A DNA stretch of 64,000 nucleotides from Tricharina praecox (Eukaryota), in the NCBI RefSeq assembly GCF_024521635.1, contig NW_026250410.1, positions 248,001 through 312,000 on the forward strand, given 5' to 3'. Below are positions 24,068 to 37,380 of this stretch, one piece after another. The translations under genes were made by a program, and so were the position numbers. The number at the start of each line of letters is the position of its first letter. Position 1 is the first letter of the stretch. The notes beneath the pieces were generated by a model that was not told the origin of the DNA, did no database searches, and worked only from the letters and a program-made list of their open reading frames with translations.

Positions 24068-27000
24068 GGTGGATCAAAGCCGAGATGCTCGAGTCTCGGG
24101 GGCTGGACGGTACTGTGTTCGGGAGACAACAACGCCAGCTCGCCGTTTCCACACGGGGGATAGAAGTAAACGAGTAATATGGGCGAACCAGTTGTTGTAG
24201 CAGCAGGACGGCAAATGTATCCAGCACTGCAGTCGGAATAGATGAAGGTGTGTTGAACGTATGTACACTGGTATGAAGAAGGAGAAGAAGAAGAAGAAGA
24301 AGAAGAGTACCGGAATGGGCGTGGTTCCTGTTCGAGGACAGATCAAAGCGGGAAGCAATAATTAATATCAGAGACCCTGTAGCAGGTACGGGGGGGGGGG
24401 GGGGTGGCAGTTGTAGTAGCAGCAGTAGTAGTAATGGTAATGGTAATGGTAGTAGTAATGTAGTAATGATGGTAGGCAAGTAAGGGTTGGTGGTACTAAT
24501 AACGGCTGGCGTTGTTAGGAGGTAGATTGGGGGCGAGGGGCGAGGGGGAAGTGGTAGCGAGAACGAAAGAGAGGTCGAGGATCGGATTTGTTTGTTTGCT
24601 TCTTCTTCCTCTTCTTCTTCTTGGTCTTCTTCTTCTTGGTCTTCTTCTTCTTGGTCTTCTTCTTCTTGGTCTTCTTCTTCTCCTTCTTCCTCTATGGTAT
24701 CTCCCTTCGAGGAGGTATTCCTCGTATTGTTTGGTCTTTGGACAGCTAGGTAGTGTTCTCCAGACAAGCTCGAGAATAAGAAAGATGGCGGTTACGCAGA
24801 AGTCTAGAATAAGAATGGAATGTGCAAAATGCGGTGTGCAGAAGCAGGCAGGCACGCAGACAGGCAAGCAGTCAGGCAACAAGCAATCCCCACGGCAGCG
24901 GCAGCAAGCAAGCAGCAGCAAGCAGCGTGCAGGTAGCCGACAAGTTCGTCTCGGTAAACCCGTAATCCCGCAGCGGATCAGCGTCGTCGTGTTGCGTGGT
25001 ATGATGGCATCGGGGACGATAATCGACTGGGGGGCGAGACGTGCCGAACAAACAAACGAACGGGCGAGCGAACGGATTCGGTTGAGGAATAAGTTGAGCG
25101 AGAAGGCGAATGAGCGTGGTGATGGTTAATGGCTGAGGTGAGGTTGGCGGTTAGTGATGCAGGTGGTGGTGGTAGTGGTGGCAGTGGTGGTATGCAGTGG
25201 TGGTACGCAGTGGCGATGGTGGTGGTGGTGGTGGTGGTGGTGGTAAACTCACGGGAAACATGAACATGAACAGGAACAGGAACAGGAACAGGAACAGGAA
25301 CAGGAACAGGAACAGGAATAGGAACAGGAAGGAAAGAGGAGAGAGAGAACACACAGACAAGCCGACCGAGCAGCCAATTCGAGGCACGCTGCACTGCACA
25401 CGGTGGTAGTTACTGCGCTGCACTGCGCTGCACGCACGCACCGCACAGCACCGCACTGACAGAGCAAAGAGGAGGGAAGAGGACGAGCTCATCACGCTCT
25501 CTCTTTCGCTCGCTCGCTCGCCGCACCGCTTCCTTTTCCTTTAGCCCCCTCCCAATCCCTTCTCCCAATCCCCCCGAAGCCCACCCGCCGGCTCAAAGCA
25601 GTCAAGCCGGCGAGACGAGACAGCAGGACAGCGACAAGCTGAGATTCGCATTGCTTGCTCTAGCCGAAGAAGGAGATGTTCGGTATGGACCAGCGCTTCG
25701 TTTCTGCAGCGGGCTGGTTTGGTTTTTGGTTGGTTGGGTTGGGTTGGGTTTAGAGCGGGATGCAGTTAGCGGCTGGTGCTGGTGCTGGTGGTCGGAATGG
25801 CGAGGAGGGACTTGGATATCGGCGTAGAATTGGCCAAGCAAAACTACGGCTTCGATATGGGATCGGTGCGAGAGGAGGGAGGAGAGTTACCATCTCATCT
25901 GCTTCCCGACAGTCCTTACTAGCATGATACTCCCCTATGAATGTATCCTCCTCGCGATCCATCCACTCGCTCTGGCCCGAGTAGAGCGGAGCAGAGCATA
26001 TGGCCGGACATTCGACCACGATACTCTCTACTGCACCACGAACGTCCGGCACCTCGTTACGGATTCCGTTTCTCCCGTCTTCAGGCGTGAGTTCGGCATT
26101 TCGATGTTTTCTCGCCATCCCCTCCCCCCGTCCGTCCCCCCTCCCCGTCCACCCATCCCCCGTCCCTCCCCTCACCCCCGTAGACCCATCGACGGCTCCC
26201 ATGGTACAGATCGGGCTAAGATCCGCCACCACCGCTATACACCGCTACCACCTCGCTGCGGCAGCTTGGCAGATCCGAAACGGGATCCGAGGACATTGAT
26301 CCCCAGGACCCCAGGACCCCAGGACCCCAGGACCCCAGGGGAGGGGAGGGAGGGACTCGTTTTTTTTTCTTTCGTCTTTTTTTTTTCGGACTTTCTCTTC
26401 GGACTTTCTCTTCGGACTTTCTTTTTCTCTTTGACGCATGGTGAGCATGAGCGTGAGTGTTTTTTCTCTACCGGACTTGCTGTGTAATATGTCTGATAAA
26501 AGTAATCTTCCGGATTGAATTGAATGCCCGTGGAGCCTATTATGGGTCCGGAAAAAGTACTAGTAAATAAGAGGGTTTGCTCTATATACATTCGATGTGA
26601 TGTGATCGTGTGTGGTGTGGTGCGTCCGCTCCGCCGGGATTTTCAGATGCTCTTCTCTTCGCTGCTCTGCTCTGTGAGAGATAGAGAGAGAGCAGATATC
26701 CGCGTGACGTCTACATACCCTACGATGCTCTGATGCACCGTGTAGCGTCGTCGTAGGTGGTTATCCGGCTTATTTACGGCCCATACAGTAGTTACACCTC
26801 CAGTCCGTCGGAGCGTGCTGCGCGCATGAAGACGCATTTGCATCACGTATTTGCATCTCACCTCGTATCTTCCGAGTCTCATCAAGTCTCAAGTCTCAAG
26901 TTGTTTGCAGTGCAACCACGGCCGGGTTTGTTCCCCCACCCCGCCTCGCCGCGAGCTCAAGCGCCCGCGTCTATGTACGGTAAGTTCTACGTACCTCGCC

Positions 27001-29686
27001 GCTCGCGGGACCCGTCCCGCCCGCCTGCATTGCCGCTCGATGCTCGATGCTCGATGCTTGATTCTCGGCCGGATGGGCGGGTGACGGGTGACGGGTCGGT
27101 CCGTCTGACTCGGTCTGTCCGTCCGTATATATGCTCGGTTTCTGTAGTTACAGCTTCCTGGCGGATACTCTATCACCCACTACCCACGTCTGTGGCGACT
27201 TTGATAAGGGGGTCTGCCCTCGAGATCTGGACCTCGCACAGGGCGATGAACCTCTCGACTCACCTTAAAACTCAAGAGTCGAGAGGATCCGAGCTCAACG
27301 CCCAACGCCCATGAGCAATGAGGCGGCTGCCAAGTGTTTGGTGCAAGTTTCTCGATGTAGAGTGTGTATCAGCGCCGCCGCCACCACCACCAACTTCCAA
27401 GAGACGCACCACCGCCACGAACTACTTCCAAGAGACGCAAGACGCACGACACAGGAGGAATGGGACGATCCGCTCCGCTCCCGTAGAGTACCCGCAGAGT
27501 ACCCGCAGAGCCAAACACGGATGAGCGGTTGAACGGATTCGTTTCGACCGTCGCTTCGGCCGTCGCTTCCGAGGTTTGAAATGTGCGGAAGCGGAGGCGG
27601 AAGCGGAAGCGGAAACACGGCTGCGGAACCTTCTACGAAACCTGTGGCGAAATCGGAACCCAAAGACGGCTCCGAATGTAGACACCCTATGTAATGCTTC
27701 TACTGCGCTTCCATCCGTGGTCTATGTAGGTACCGATACCCTCTTCCCTTTCTACGAGCATGCCCCCCAGTGCCTGCTCAGTGCCCGCGTACCCGCGTAC
27801 CTGCGTACCTGCGTACCTGCGTACCTGCCTACTCCTAGCCCTCCGCTGAGCACTCTAGCCACGTTGCCGGGACCGTTCACGTCGTAAAATTAATCTATAT
27901 ATTCCATGTATTCTATCCCATGTATCCCATGTATTCTACCTATTCCATCTTGGTGTTCCATGTATTCTACACCCCCACCGGGCCCACCCCAGTCATCCAG
28001 CCAGCCAGCCAGCCAGTCAGTCAGTCCAGTCAGTCGACCGTCCAGGTGCCGTATGTAGGTAGCAAAAAAAATCCTCAAGCAGAGAAATTGCAATTTGCAT
28101 CTTTACGTACCTGCGTACCTATTCTACCTGCGCACCTGCGTACCTGCGTATGTAGAGTGCCTCCCTCCCCCGGTCCCCGGTCCCTTCCCGGTCACAAATC
28201 TACACACACACACGGAGAGGAGCCTGGAGGAATGAGGAAAGGGCGTGGAAAGCGATTTTCCTGCCTGCCTGCCTGCTGGACTAGAAATGGGAAGCGACGG
28301 CTTACGTCCGAAGCCTGCTGGGTGGTCCGCCTCTTCCTCCTATCATGTGGACCGCACGGCGTATAGGCCGCATAGGCAGACTCGGCTCCTCTCGTCTCGT
28401 TTCGTTTCCTCTCGTATCTCTCCGTATCTACCTAGAGTACTGTAACTACTCTACAGCCGCACGCAAACAAACCTCTCATACCTCTATCACATCCTCTACA
28501 TATTATGTATGCTAGATACCAAATCATCCAAACCATCCAAAAACCACCCCCCCCCCCCGTAATGCACTGCACAACTGCGCATGTACAACCACCGTCAATT
28601 TCTTCCCGCATCACGCATCACGTCACGCATCACGAATCACGCAAGCACCTCCACACCCCCTCCCCCTCCCCCTGCAGCGCGGCTCTGCTCTGCTTGTGTT
28701 GGGAAACGATAAACACACACACGCACACACTCCTGTGGCTGCCTATTTGCGGTTCTCTGCAGGTGCCAGGAAGGGAAGCGGAGGTGGTGCCGGCACCGGC
28801 AGCGACAAAGATAGCCGTATGTACGCAGAGCCTTCCGAGTGTTTATCCCGATGGCACGGCTGGCCGGCGAGTTTGAGAGTTTGAGAGTGCTCCACAAACG
28901 TATCATACGAGTCAAGTCTCACGTCGCCTTCGACTGCGCATGCTCACTGTTCAGTTTTCAGGCATCCCGCACACCGGAGACTCTGGAGCCTGGAGAACCC
29001 TGTGTATGAGATTCGACTCGGTTCCTGTGACGGCCACGGCCCACCCTGCCCTGCAACCACAACCTCATGACCGTCATCGCCATCGCCATCGCCATCGCCG
29101 TAGGTGACCATCGGCCATGAATCATGATCCATCCCCTGACAACTGTGCACACGAATTCAGGAGAAATCCAGGAGAATGAATCAACCGCGTTGCATTCCAT
29201 CTTCTAGCTAGCCCGCCCACAGGTATAGGTATTCGACCAGAACAAGATAACCTTTGTAGACAAGCACGAATTTCAGGCAAAATCCGCGAAAATTTTTCAC
29301 CTTGCTGCAGCAAAGAAAAGAAAAAGAAAAAAATAAACCATAAATCGAAGATGGAAAAGGGCTAAAGGAAAACGGAGGAGGAAAAAAAAGAATAAGAGGA
29401 AAAGAAAAAGAAAGAAACCGTTATCGTCGCCCAACCGTAATTTTATTTCCGCGTGATGGTGTTGTGTATTTCAAACCTCTAAAAGAGAGCTCTGACGTCA
29501 GTTATCCTGGATCACGTTAGAAAGCAGGAAGCCGTTGGGGAGGGGGGGACGCTGGAAAAAGAATCCGGCCAGGAAAATTGCGATCAACACATCGCATCGA
29601 CCCGAACAAGGCATGCTCACATGGAAAAACACGCCGCCTCGGACTTTCCTCCTCGCGAGCCTGCCGGAACGGGGGGGGTGTACGGA

Positions 29687-30363
29687 CTACTTCGCGTATT
29701 GCTTCGTCCAGTCTTTTGCCGTCTTCTCGAAGCTCGCCTTGCGGTTCTTGTACTCGTCGGCGATGGCGTTTTCGACGGCATCGTCACTAAACCCTGTTAG
29801 CCGATGCCCACGTTGTTCTCGCAGAACAGAACAACGGATGAACAACGCATGACGTGACGTACGGATTCGGCTCCAGCATCAGGCCCCGCGCCATCTCCAG
29901 CACTGCTGCGATCTTGCAGCTGGGCTTCCACTGGTCACTACGGAGTATACCAAGACACATGCTGCCCTTGTCGTCGTTCGAGACGTTGGGATGGTAGATC
30001 TTGGTCTGGAACGAGAGAATCGGAGGCTTGAACGGGTAGTTTTCGGGAAGCGTGAGGAGGAGCTTGAAGGTTCCGCCCTATATACATAGCATGTCAGCAA
30101 GGCTTCCCCAGCGCGCGGGGGAGGTGGGAGGGAGGAATGACGAACAGCGTATGGCGAACCCTGCGGCCCGGTGAGCTGGATGTGCCATTTAAACATGTCA
30201 CTGTCAATCGGCGAGATGCTGATGCCATCCAGCGGGTTCGACGAGATCTCGGCGTACTCCTGTGGGTTTGTCAGTATGTGACCGCCACCACCGCGCCGAC
30301 ATAGCCGGGCAAGCAAAGGAAGGGCGGACGTACGCGAGAGATGCGTTTCTGGGCGTTGGCCAT
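29687..30363 (-). CDS. Ubiquitin-conjugating enzyme E2 (about 152 aa, 4 exons)
   Basis: Exons 30363-30334, 30259-30146, 30077-29863 and 29786-29687 give MANAQKRISREY..GPQGSPYAGGTF..YPFKPP..KIYHPNV..SMCLGIL..WKP..EPNPDD, with the HPN motif and catalytic Cys. Confidence 0.93.
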
Positions 30364-32958
30364 GCTGTCGGAGCGGTCTGGAGGTGTCGGTATACGGGAG
30401 GTTGTGGTTTGGTTTGAAGAGCTTTCGTAGGTGGTTCAGCCCCGCGATGATGCTGTTTGGTGGTGGGAAGTGGGGCGGCCTGACCTTAGCTCGAAGGGGA
30501 CGGGAGCTTAGGCGGCTTGGCCCGAGACATGGATCTTGCATGCATGAGCTGGAGCCCCACGATACACAGAGCACTTTGTCACCATAACTACAGCAGACAG
30601 CAGACGGAAGACACTCGATGTCACTCACCTGGCGCCGTTGAGGGTTTCTCCTTTGATCGTACTCGTATCCGGCCCGAGGCCGTTGGAGGTTTGTGATTGA
30701 GAGCTTCCATGGTGGATTCTGATCAATAAGTGACTAAAATACACCTACTCGTACATGGATGGATTATTTAAAGGCAACTGGAAGATTCCCAATAGTCCCA
30801 AAGAACCCATTCACAAGTAGTACCTAGCAAAGGAACACCGAGTGTGTTAAGCGCTAGTTCTTGATTCTCGCCTTGAGCTGGGATACATCACCTTTGGTAC
30901 ATGTGTACTTGTATTCCTTCCTTTCATCGGTCATCTTAATGGTGCAGAATCTCTTTGAACAAAGTCTGAAGCTATATGGCATCGACTGATATCTATCCCC
31001 TAGACGCCGCGGGTAGATTTACCAATCCGCCGAACCTGTCCACAAGAGCATCTTGCTCGCCGACGGGACACATCATAGGCAGAAGGTTAGTTAGTCGCCA
31101 AGCGAGCTGCGTCAACCGGTGTATACGCACCGCGGCAGTCAAGCGCCGTTCCTCTGGCACATGTCCTAGAAACAAGCAGCACTCATTCGAGATAGCCAGT
31201 CTGGGCTGCCACCGGAAGATCAATGTGGCCACCAAATTTGGCTGTATTTCGCTGCCTTACCGTACCGTACTGCTATCTACCTCAAAATTTAAATCCAAAT
31301 CCACGTTCCCCGAGCAACGCCAATCACGAATTAAAAGAGACCTCGCCCCACATCCACATCTCCCCACGGACCTTCGCACGCATCCCTCCCTCCCTCCATC
31401 CCCCCTCCCGCGATTTCGTGACATGAAACCGCACCCGCCCCCTGTCTTTCGTTTGCCTCGTTTTGTTTCGTCGCAATTACATATGTACGACGATATTTGC
31501 CTCCTTCTAGCTGTTCCGGATGAGGCTCGAGCGTAAAAGAAAGGGAAAGAAAAGAAAAGAAAAAAAAAGGAATTGGGGGTTTCTGTGTGAAGAAGAGTGG
31601 GGGTTTTTTCTTTTTCAATTTAAAGTTTTTTCATTTTTTTTTCATTGGCGATCTCGCAATCGAATCGAATCGAGAGTTGCTCTCGCTATTGATTCCGATT
31701 TATGTAAAAGCGCGCGCGGGGGGAAGGGGGACGGGGAAGGGGGGAGCATGCACATGGTCTGCGAAGAAGAGAGCGCGCGCACGAGTGATCGGTCTCGTGT
31801 CAAGAGTCAGGACTCTTCAACCATCGCGAGGCTGCTACGAGGTACATACGTACTCAATACTCAATCTTGTACCCAGAGGCGAGGCTGGCGACCTTCCCAA
31901 CACGAAAAGCGAAAGGAACCTTCGCGAAATTCCATGAGTTCCTTCTGGAAGGTTGCCAGCATCCCTCATCCCTCATCCCCGACACCGGAGTAAGATCTCC
32001 CATGGGCCTGGAACCGGATGAATTACTCTAGCCTCTAGGCCCGCGGCGGCGGTGGTGGGCCGGGCACGGCTACGGAGCGACTTCCAGAAGAGTGGTGGTG
32101 GTGGACTACGGATGAGAAAGAAGGGCATCCAGCCGGGGGGAGAGAAAGCTTTGGCCATCCGCGCGCCTTCAAAGTGGACGGACATCTGAGATTACACTTG
32201 TGTATTGTGCACTAGGTACTACCGGTATACCAATTGCTTGCTCGCACACACGCGATCAAAATCCCTTTGTGTACGGGCTGCAACTGTTCGCACCACGGCG
32301 CAAGTTAAATCCAAGACGAGAAGGGCTACATAGGGACTGGTGAGCTCCGTATGGTCATTAAACGCTGGTAATGGCAACCGCGAATTGGGCGACTCTGCGT
32401 ATACCGGCGTCCGCAATCTGACACGCTCTCCAACGACTGGTTTACGTGGGTTCGGTACACCGGGGAAGCTTTGAAGGCTTATCCTGATCGAGAAACGACC
32501 TTATTAGAGTATACTCATGATTGATTCATCTGGGTTGTATGGCATAGGACTCGTGGGCTATGGAAAAAATCATGAAAAACTACCGTGTATCAGCCTGGTC
32601 AGGGCAGTTCTCGTCAACACCTAAAGAGGCTATGGGATCGTCGTGATATGATTTATGGGATTCCATCATGCAAGATGAGTAACAGGGAAGGGGAGGGTTG
32701 GGTCCCACCAGTTTGTCGTTATAGGAGGTTATAGTGGCGCTTGTCTTAGAGGATGTTGAAGCAGGAAGAAGGAAAGAATGGGGTTCTATGATGGTTGTTT
32801 CAAACGATGAGGTTTAAGCACGCTTATCATCCGATCGGTGGGGAATTCTACAATCGTTGTCCTGTTCAACTCTGTGAGATCCCTCTCTTTACTAGTAAAT
32901 TCAGTGAAACCTGACCGAATATCTTGCGTATAAATAAAAGAATTCCAGTAATCAATAC

Positions 32959-33318
32959 CTATCCTCCCAACGATTTATATCCACTCATCCTCACATCCGC
33001 GTCTTTGTTTGCGTCTGACCTCCCAGTCCCAACCATCACCCCAAAAAGCTCTCCAGGACCATCCCACTCCTTCCAGTCCCTCCGGAACTCCTCTCCCTCA
33101 CTCGTCATTACGCCCCCGCACGGCAGCCTCTGTAGAAGTACCTCACTTACCGCCCACTCCTTGGCGCAGTCGTAATGTACCCAGCACCCACAGTCGCCCA
33201 GGACGACGCCGAAGATCAGGTTGATGACTTTTCTGGAGCAGACAAGGCCGTGAAGAATGCAGGAGCATGGAATGATGGGTGTGCGCTGGAAGATGCGCCG
33301 GCTAACCGGGAAACGCAT
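32959..33318 (-). CDS. Small Cys-rich orphan protein (119 aa) with partial RING-like spacing
   Basis: ATG in CACC context preceded by a CA-rich leader. The C-x-C...C...CGCWVHYDC...W...C pattern is visible. No family is recognised with certainty. Confidence 0.35.
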   Translation of the reverse strand: MRFPVSRRIFQRTPIIPCSCILHGLVCSRKVINLIFGVVLGDCGCWVHYDCAKEWAVSEVLLQRLPCGGVMTSEGEEFRRDWKEWDGPGELFGVMVGTGRSDANKDADVRMSGYKSLGG

Positions 33319-36300
33319 GGTGTGAGTTTGTACAGTGTTTGTGATGGAGAGGTGAGGATGAAGTCAGTCGTGTGGAGGAGGCTACGTGGTCTGAATTCAT
33401 AACGATTGTTGGGTAAGGGACTAGTTACTTTAGGGCAGTCAAGTTCTTTCTTCCACTTCGTAGTGTATGATACCAGTAATCACTCACGGCCCACAAGTAC
33501 CTTGGGGCTTCGCTCCAATAGTAGAATCTTCCACAAGAAACGACACATTGAAGTACTGAAACCAGAATCGACCATAGGCCGGGACTGGACGAGTGACAAG
33601 CAGTACGCTCAGAGCAAAAACTAATGTGGTAGTCGAGAAAGTTCCATGAAAGGTGGTGGTGCGAGTGTCCGTCATCTTCGGCCTCCTCCACAATATGTAC
33701 CAACCAACCAGGTGAGTAACACCCATCCCATCCCGCAAGCGTGTGAAATGACTCATCAGGTGGGGAGCAGCCTCTAAGCCAATTGTTCTTGGACGACGTC
33801 TCATATCATACGAAACTTTCCCAAAACAGTTCGTGCCTTCAATGTTGGGCGCACGAAGTTGCCGCAAACGGCATGAAGTACAATACATACATAAATTTAG
33901 GCAGCTGCCTCGAACCCCATCGAGAGCTAGGTACTACGATACTTTGGTGCCTAATACTATACATAACTCTGTAGCGTTGTATAAGATTCTTCGTGTGGGA
34001 CTGCTGGGGCAAGAGGTTGCCGTCGTGATTCAGGCGTCGGACAAACGAGTACCACCAAATGCTCAGATATTATGTATACCCTCATACGCCCTTGCAGCGC
34101 TGAATATGGTGGGAGTTGGATCGTAATTCTTCCTCCTTTGTAAGTCATACATCTGCAAACCGACTCCTATGCTCTCCTTCCTCCCCAATCCGCTGTTATT
34201 TCGTTTTTTAAAAAATAATTATACAGAGAATCACACCCAATCACTCGAATAGAAGACCAATTTTCTGAAATTGTATGTCTGTGTTTTATACCACACATAT
34301 CTCTCCCAAGCGACAGTCCTCTATCCTCCGAGCGCATGAGATGCAAGCAGAGCTTCTAGAGAATAGAAGCTCGGTTGCAACTGGGCCCCTACCACCACCC
34401 CCTCCCTCTTTTCAAAATTCCCACCCAAATCGCCAGCAAAAGGTGATGCGGATACTCTACACTCAACCGCATTCTTGTAGTGTCTCTGCGTTTTTGGGGC
34501 CGTCAGAACTCGTCTCTGTGCGAGTGTGTCGTCAATCGTAGAGAAAGCGGTATCGGCAGCGGGGCCTCGTACATACAGCTGGTTTCCACCTGTTAGGTAG
34601 AGGCCATCGTCCAGGTACGTAACGGACAGATGTCGCCGATGTGGGCGCCCCTGTAGAACAATTAGGTAGCACCTATGAATGTAGAGATGTCCACCGTCCA
34701 GGGCCATCGTCTCAACATCGGATCTGGACTCGACGGCTCTATCGTTTGTTAGGAGGAGGGAGGGAGATGGTTGTGGGCTGGGGAGTGGGCTTGAGCTGCG
34801 AGGCTCTTTGTCACCGTGGCGGGCGCCGTCTCGGCGTGTTTTTGTTTGTAAATTTTAATCTTGTCCTTCCTTGGGTAAGTGTCGTTGGATGCTACAGGAA
34901 GGAATGGACTCGGTCTAAGTGGAGATCTTTATCGATGTCGGAGTGCGAATAGGGAATGCGATACCTGGTACATCATACTTCTATACGCCAGTGGGGTCAA
35001 TGGGAGTTGCTGGGTGGAAGTAAGATTTCCTTTTTGACATTATCGCGATAACCCTAGCCGACAACGCAGGTACATAGTTCTTTGAAGAGCAGGAAGCCCT
35101 TGTGTGAGTGATAGTTAGGGTTCCGAGAACCAACCCTAAATCGCTCCCTCACAAAACCGACAGCGACCAACCCGCATTTCCCTCTCTCTCTTTCTCTTAC
35201 AACACACTCCAACCTCAACACACAACACAACCGAACAACGATCCGACATCAGATACCAGCCCTCCGAAGCATTCTTCCCCACCATTTGTTCAAGCACCCG
35301 ACGCCTGTGCCTGCAATTCCCTTCACCAAAACCAGTCCAGAATGGACTGAATCTTGGAAGCCCGCCGATTCTTTGGCGGGCTCGGCCAGCGCCGCGCGGA
35401 GATGATCGAGGTAGTTTCACTCCGGGCCGACATTCCCGGGACCAATTGTGGCCCCTCGCTCTTTTCCAGCCTCCTCACGGGGGCTGGCTGGTTGGCTGGG
35501 CCGGTGTCGACACCGGCCCAGACCTACGGGGCTGATTAAGCTCCTGGAACGACCTGTGTTGTGTTGTGTTGGTGGTCGTGGTCGGGGGGCGGCGGTGGAT
35601 GGTGACCGCCGATAGGTTTCATCCCGTTCCACTCTGCCCCACCCCCACTTGGGTCGGGGTGGCAGAGGAGGTTGCCACCGATTGGACCAACGAAGAAGCC
35701 ACGGCTTCTCCATTCGTCACAGGAGAGGAATGGACGCAGAAAGAACCCCAACAAGAAATTGCCGCGGTAGTATCAAGAGGCCCGCCCACAGCAATCTGGG
35801 CTGCACGCTGGCAGGAGGTTGGTTTTCTTCAGTTCCAGATGTCGACTGATCACTGCTAACTGTCTTCACTCCAGGCCAAAAAATACACCCGCCAGCACAC
35901 CTTGGTACCATGTGGTGCGGGTGAAGTTGCGGGGGTGCTGACTCGGATCCGGATTCGAGTTCCAAGTGACGATGCCAACGCTGCATTGGCGTCGTCTTGT
36001 GGGTATGTCTAACCAACCAGTGATGTTGACGGGTTTGGGGAGTCGGCTGGCTAACATGAGTGCGGGATATGATAGTATAACGTTTATTGCGTTGCCTCCG
36101 GTCGGACCTTGGTTGGTCCCAGGAGAGGAGTGGACACGTCCACATCCTCGACAAGATATGGCCCCGGTAGTTCCGGGAGTCCAGCCAGCAGAATGTCGGC
36201 TGCATGGGCAGGAGGTGGGTATTCTCCAGTTCAAGATGTCGACTGATCACTGCTAACTGTGTATTCACTCCAGGGCATTAACAACTCCTTCTAGAGCAGA

Positions 36301-36345
36301 GTCTCGCGGGCGGCCCGCGATGCCCAAATCATCGAGATGCAAGTT

Positions 36346-36865
36346 TTTTTTTTGTTTAACCAGTAATTGCTTACGACCTAAGTAGATCATGGCAATATAC
36401 CTACATTGTACACACTCCGGTTCCCCGCCACTGTCCAACGCGACTTCCATCGAGTGGCCCGCTGTGGCTTTCCCTGCCCACCGCCTCGGCCTATAGGCTG
36501 TCCCCGCAATGAAAGTACAACGCGCCAGGGAAATAACACTAGGAAAAGGCATCTTCCGCTCCCTCTCCCTACTTCCAGTTCCCTCCGCCTGCTCCCTCTT
36601 CCAAAAGGGATGCCACGAAAGAAGGTGTGGGGAGGAACAGCGCTCCTCCTCCTCCTCCTCCTCCTCCTGCCTGAGCTCAGCCTCCCTTTAGGCTTTCTTC
36701 CCGCTCCCTGAGCTCCCAGCCTCCCACTCGGAAAACCCACTCTCTGTATGAGTATCTTCCCCAGCGGTCTCGACTCTCCGGCATCCGTCTGTCCAGTGTC
36801 CACATCAGTGGAAGGTTGGAACTCCAGAGTCCAGAATTGCCTTGCTGTAGGCTGCAGCGCTCGTC
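36346..36865 (-). mobile_element. 5'-truncated non-LTR retro-insertion (LINE 3' end or SINE) with poly(A) tail and 17-bp TSD
   Basis: Direct repeat TCATCGAGATGCAAGTT at 36329-36345 and 36866-36882. A T-run follows the left copy directly, which is a poly(A) tail on the minus strand. Confidence 0.7.
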
Positions 36866-36890
36866 TCATCGAGATGCAAGTTACATGCCA

Positions 36891-37068
36891 GGTCAAAAGT
36901 TTTTGTATGATACACTGATAAAGGGCCCGTTTTATACCAGAAATGCACATTTTCTTGCTACGTAAATCTATATATGTAGGTAGCCGACACCTGGCCGGGA
37001 AAACATCATCTCTTGAACAGAAGTCTGAATCATATGCCTTTTTAGAGATAAGAAATTTGACGACTTTT
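36891..37068 (+). mobile_element. Diverged 5' fragment of the MITE family found at 47440-48065
   Basis: Colinear similarity blocks: GGTCAAA.GTT, GGG.CCGTTTTA.ACCA.AAATG, CCTG..GG.AAA.ATC.TCT, AATCATA.GCC and ATAA.AA.TTTGAC..CTTTT. Confidence 0.6.
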
Positions 37069-37314
37069 ACCGAGGATTGGGGGTGGGGGGTGTGCGATGT
37101 TGTGTTGTGCAAGAGTGGAAAAGTGACAGCAGATTTTGTATGGGGCTTCTATACAAGAAGCCACTTGGAGCTGCCTGGAGCTGGCTGTGTTCGGGAGATA
37201 GATACCGGTACCGTATGGCGGGCTTTCGTTCCTTCTATCATAGGTACCTTCTTTCCGTCTAATCCGACTCCGAGATCGGCGCAGCCTCGGGGATAGCTAC
37301 TCCAAGCCGTATCA

Positions 37315-37380
37315 TTCCAATTCTTCCAATTCTTCCAATTCTTCCAATCCTTCCAATTCTTCCAATCCTTCCAATTCCTT
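37315..37380. repeat. 9-bp tandem repeat (TTCCAATTC/TTCCAATCC)n
   Basis: About 7 units read directly. Confidence 0.85.

Noticed and set aside
24015..24767. 250-aa ORF with EEEDQ repeats upstream of the TBC gene
   Set aside because: It starts at GTG, is built from a 15-bp TC-rich repeat and trinucleotide runs, and is most likely 5' UTR or promoter.
31900..35000. Fragments of protein-like frames with stops and intron-like motifs (e.g. 32450-32700 +, 34321-34910 -)
   Set aside because: I could not assemble an intact gene or recognise a family. They are possible pseudogene debris only.
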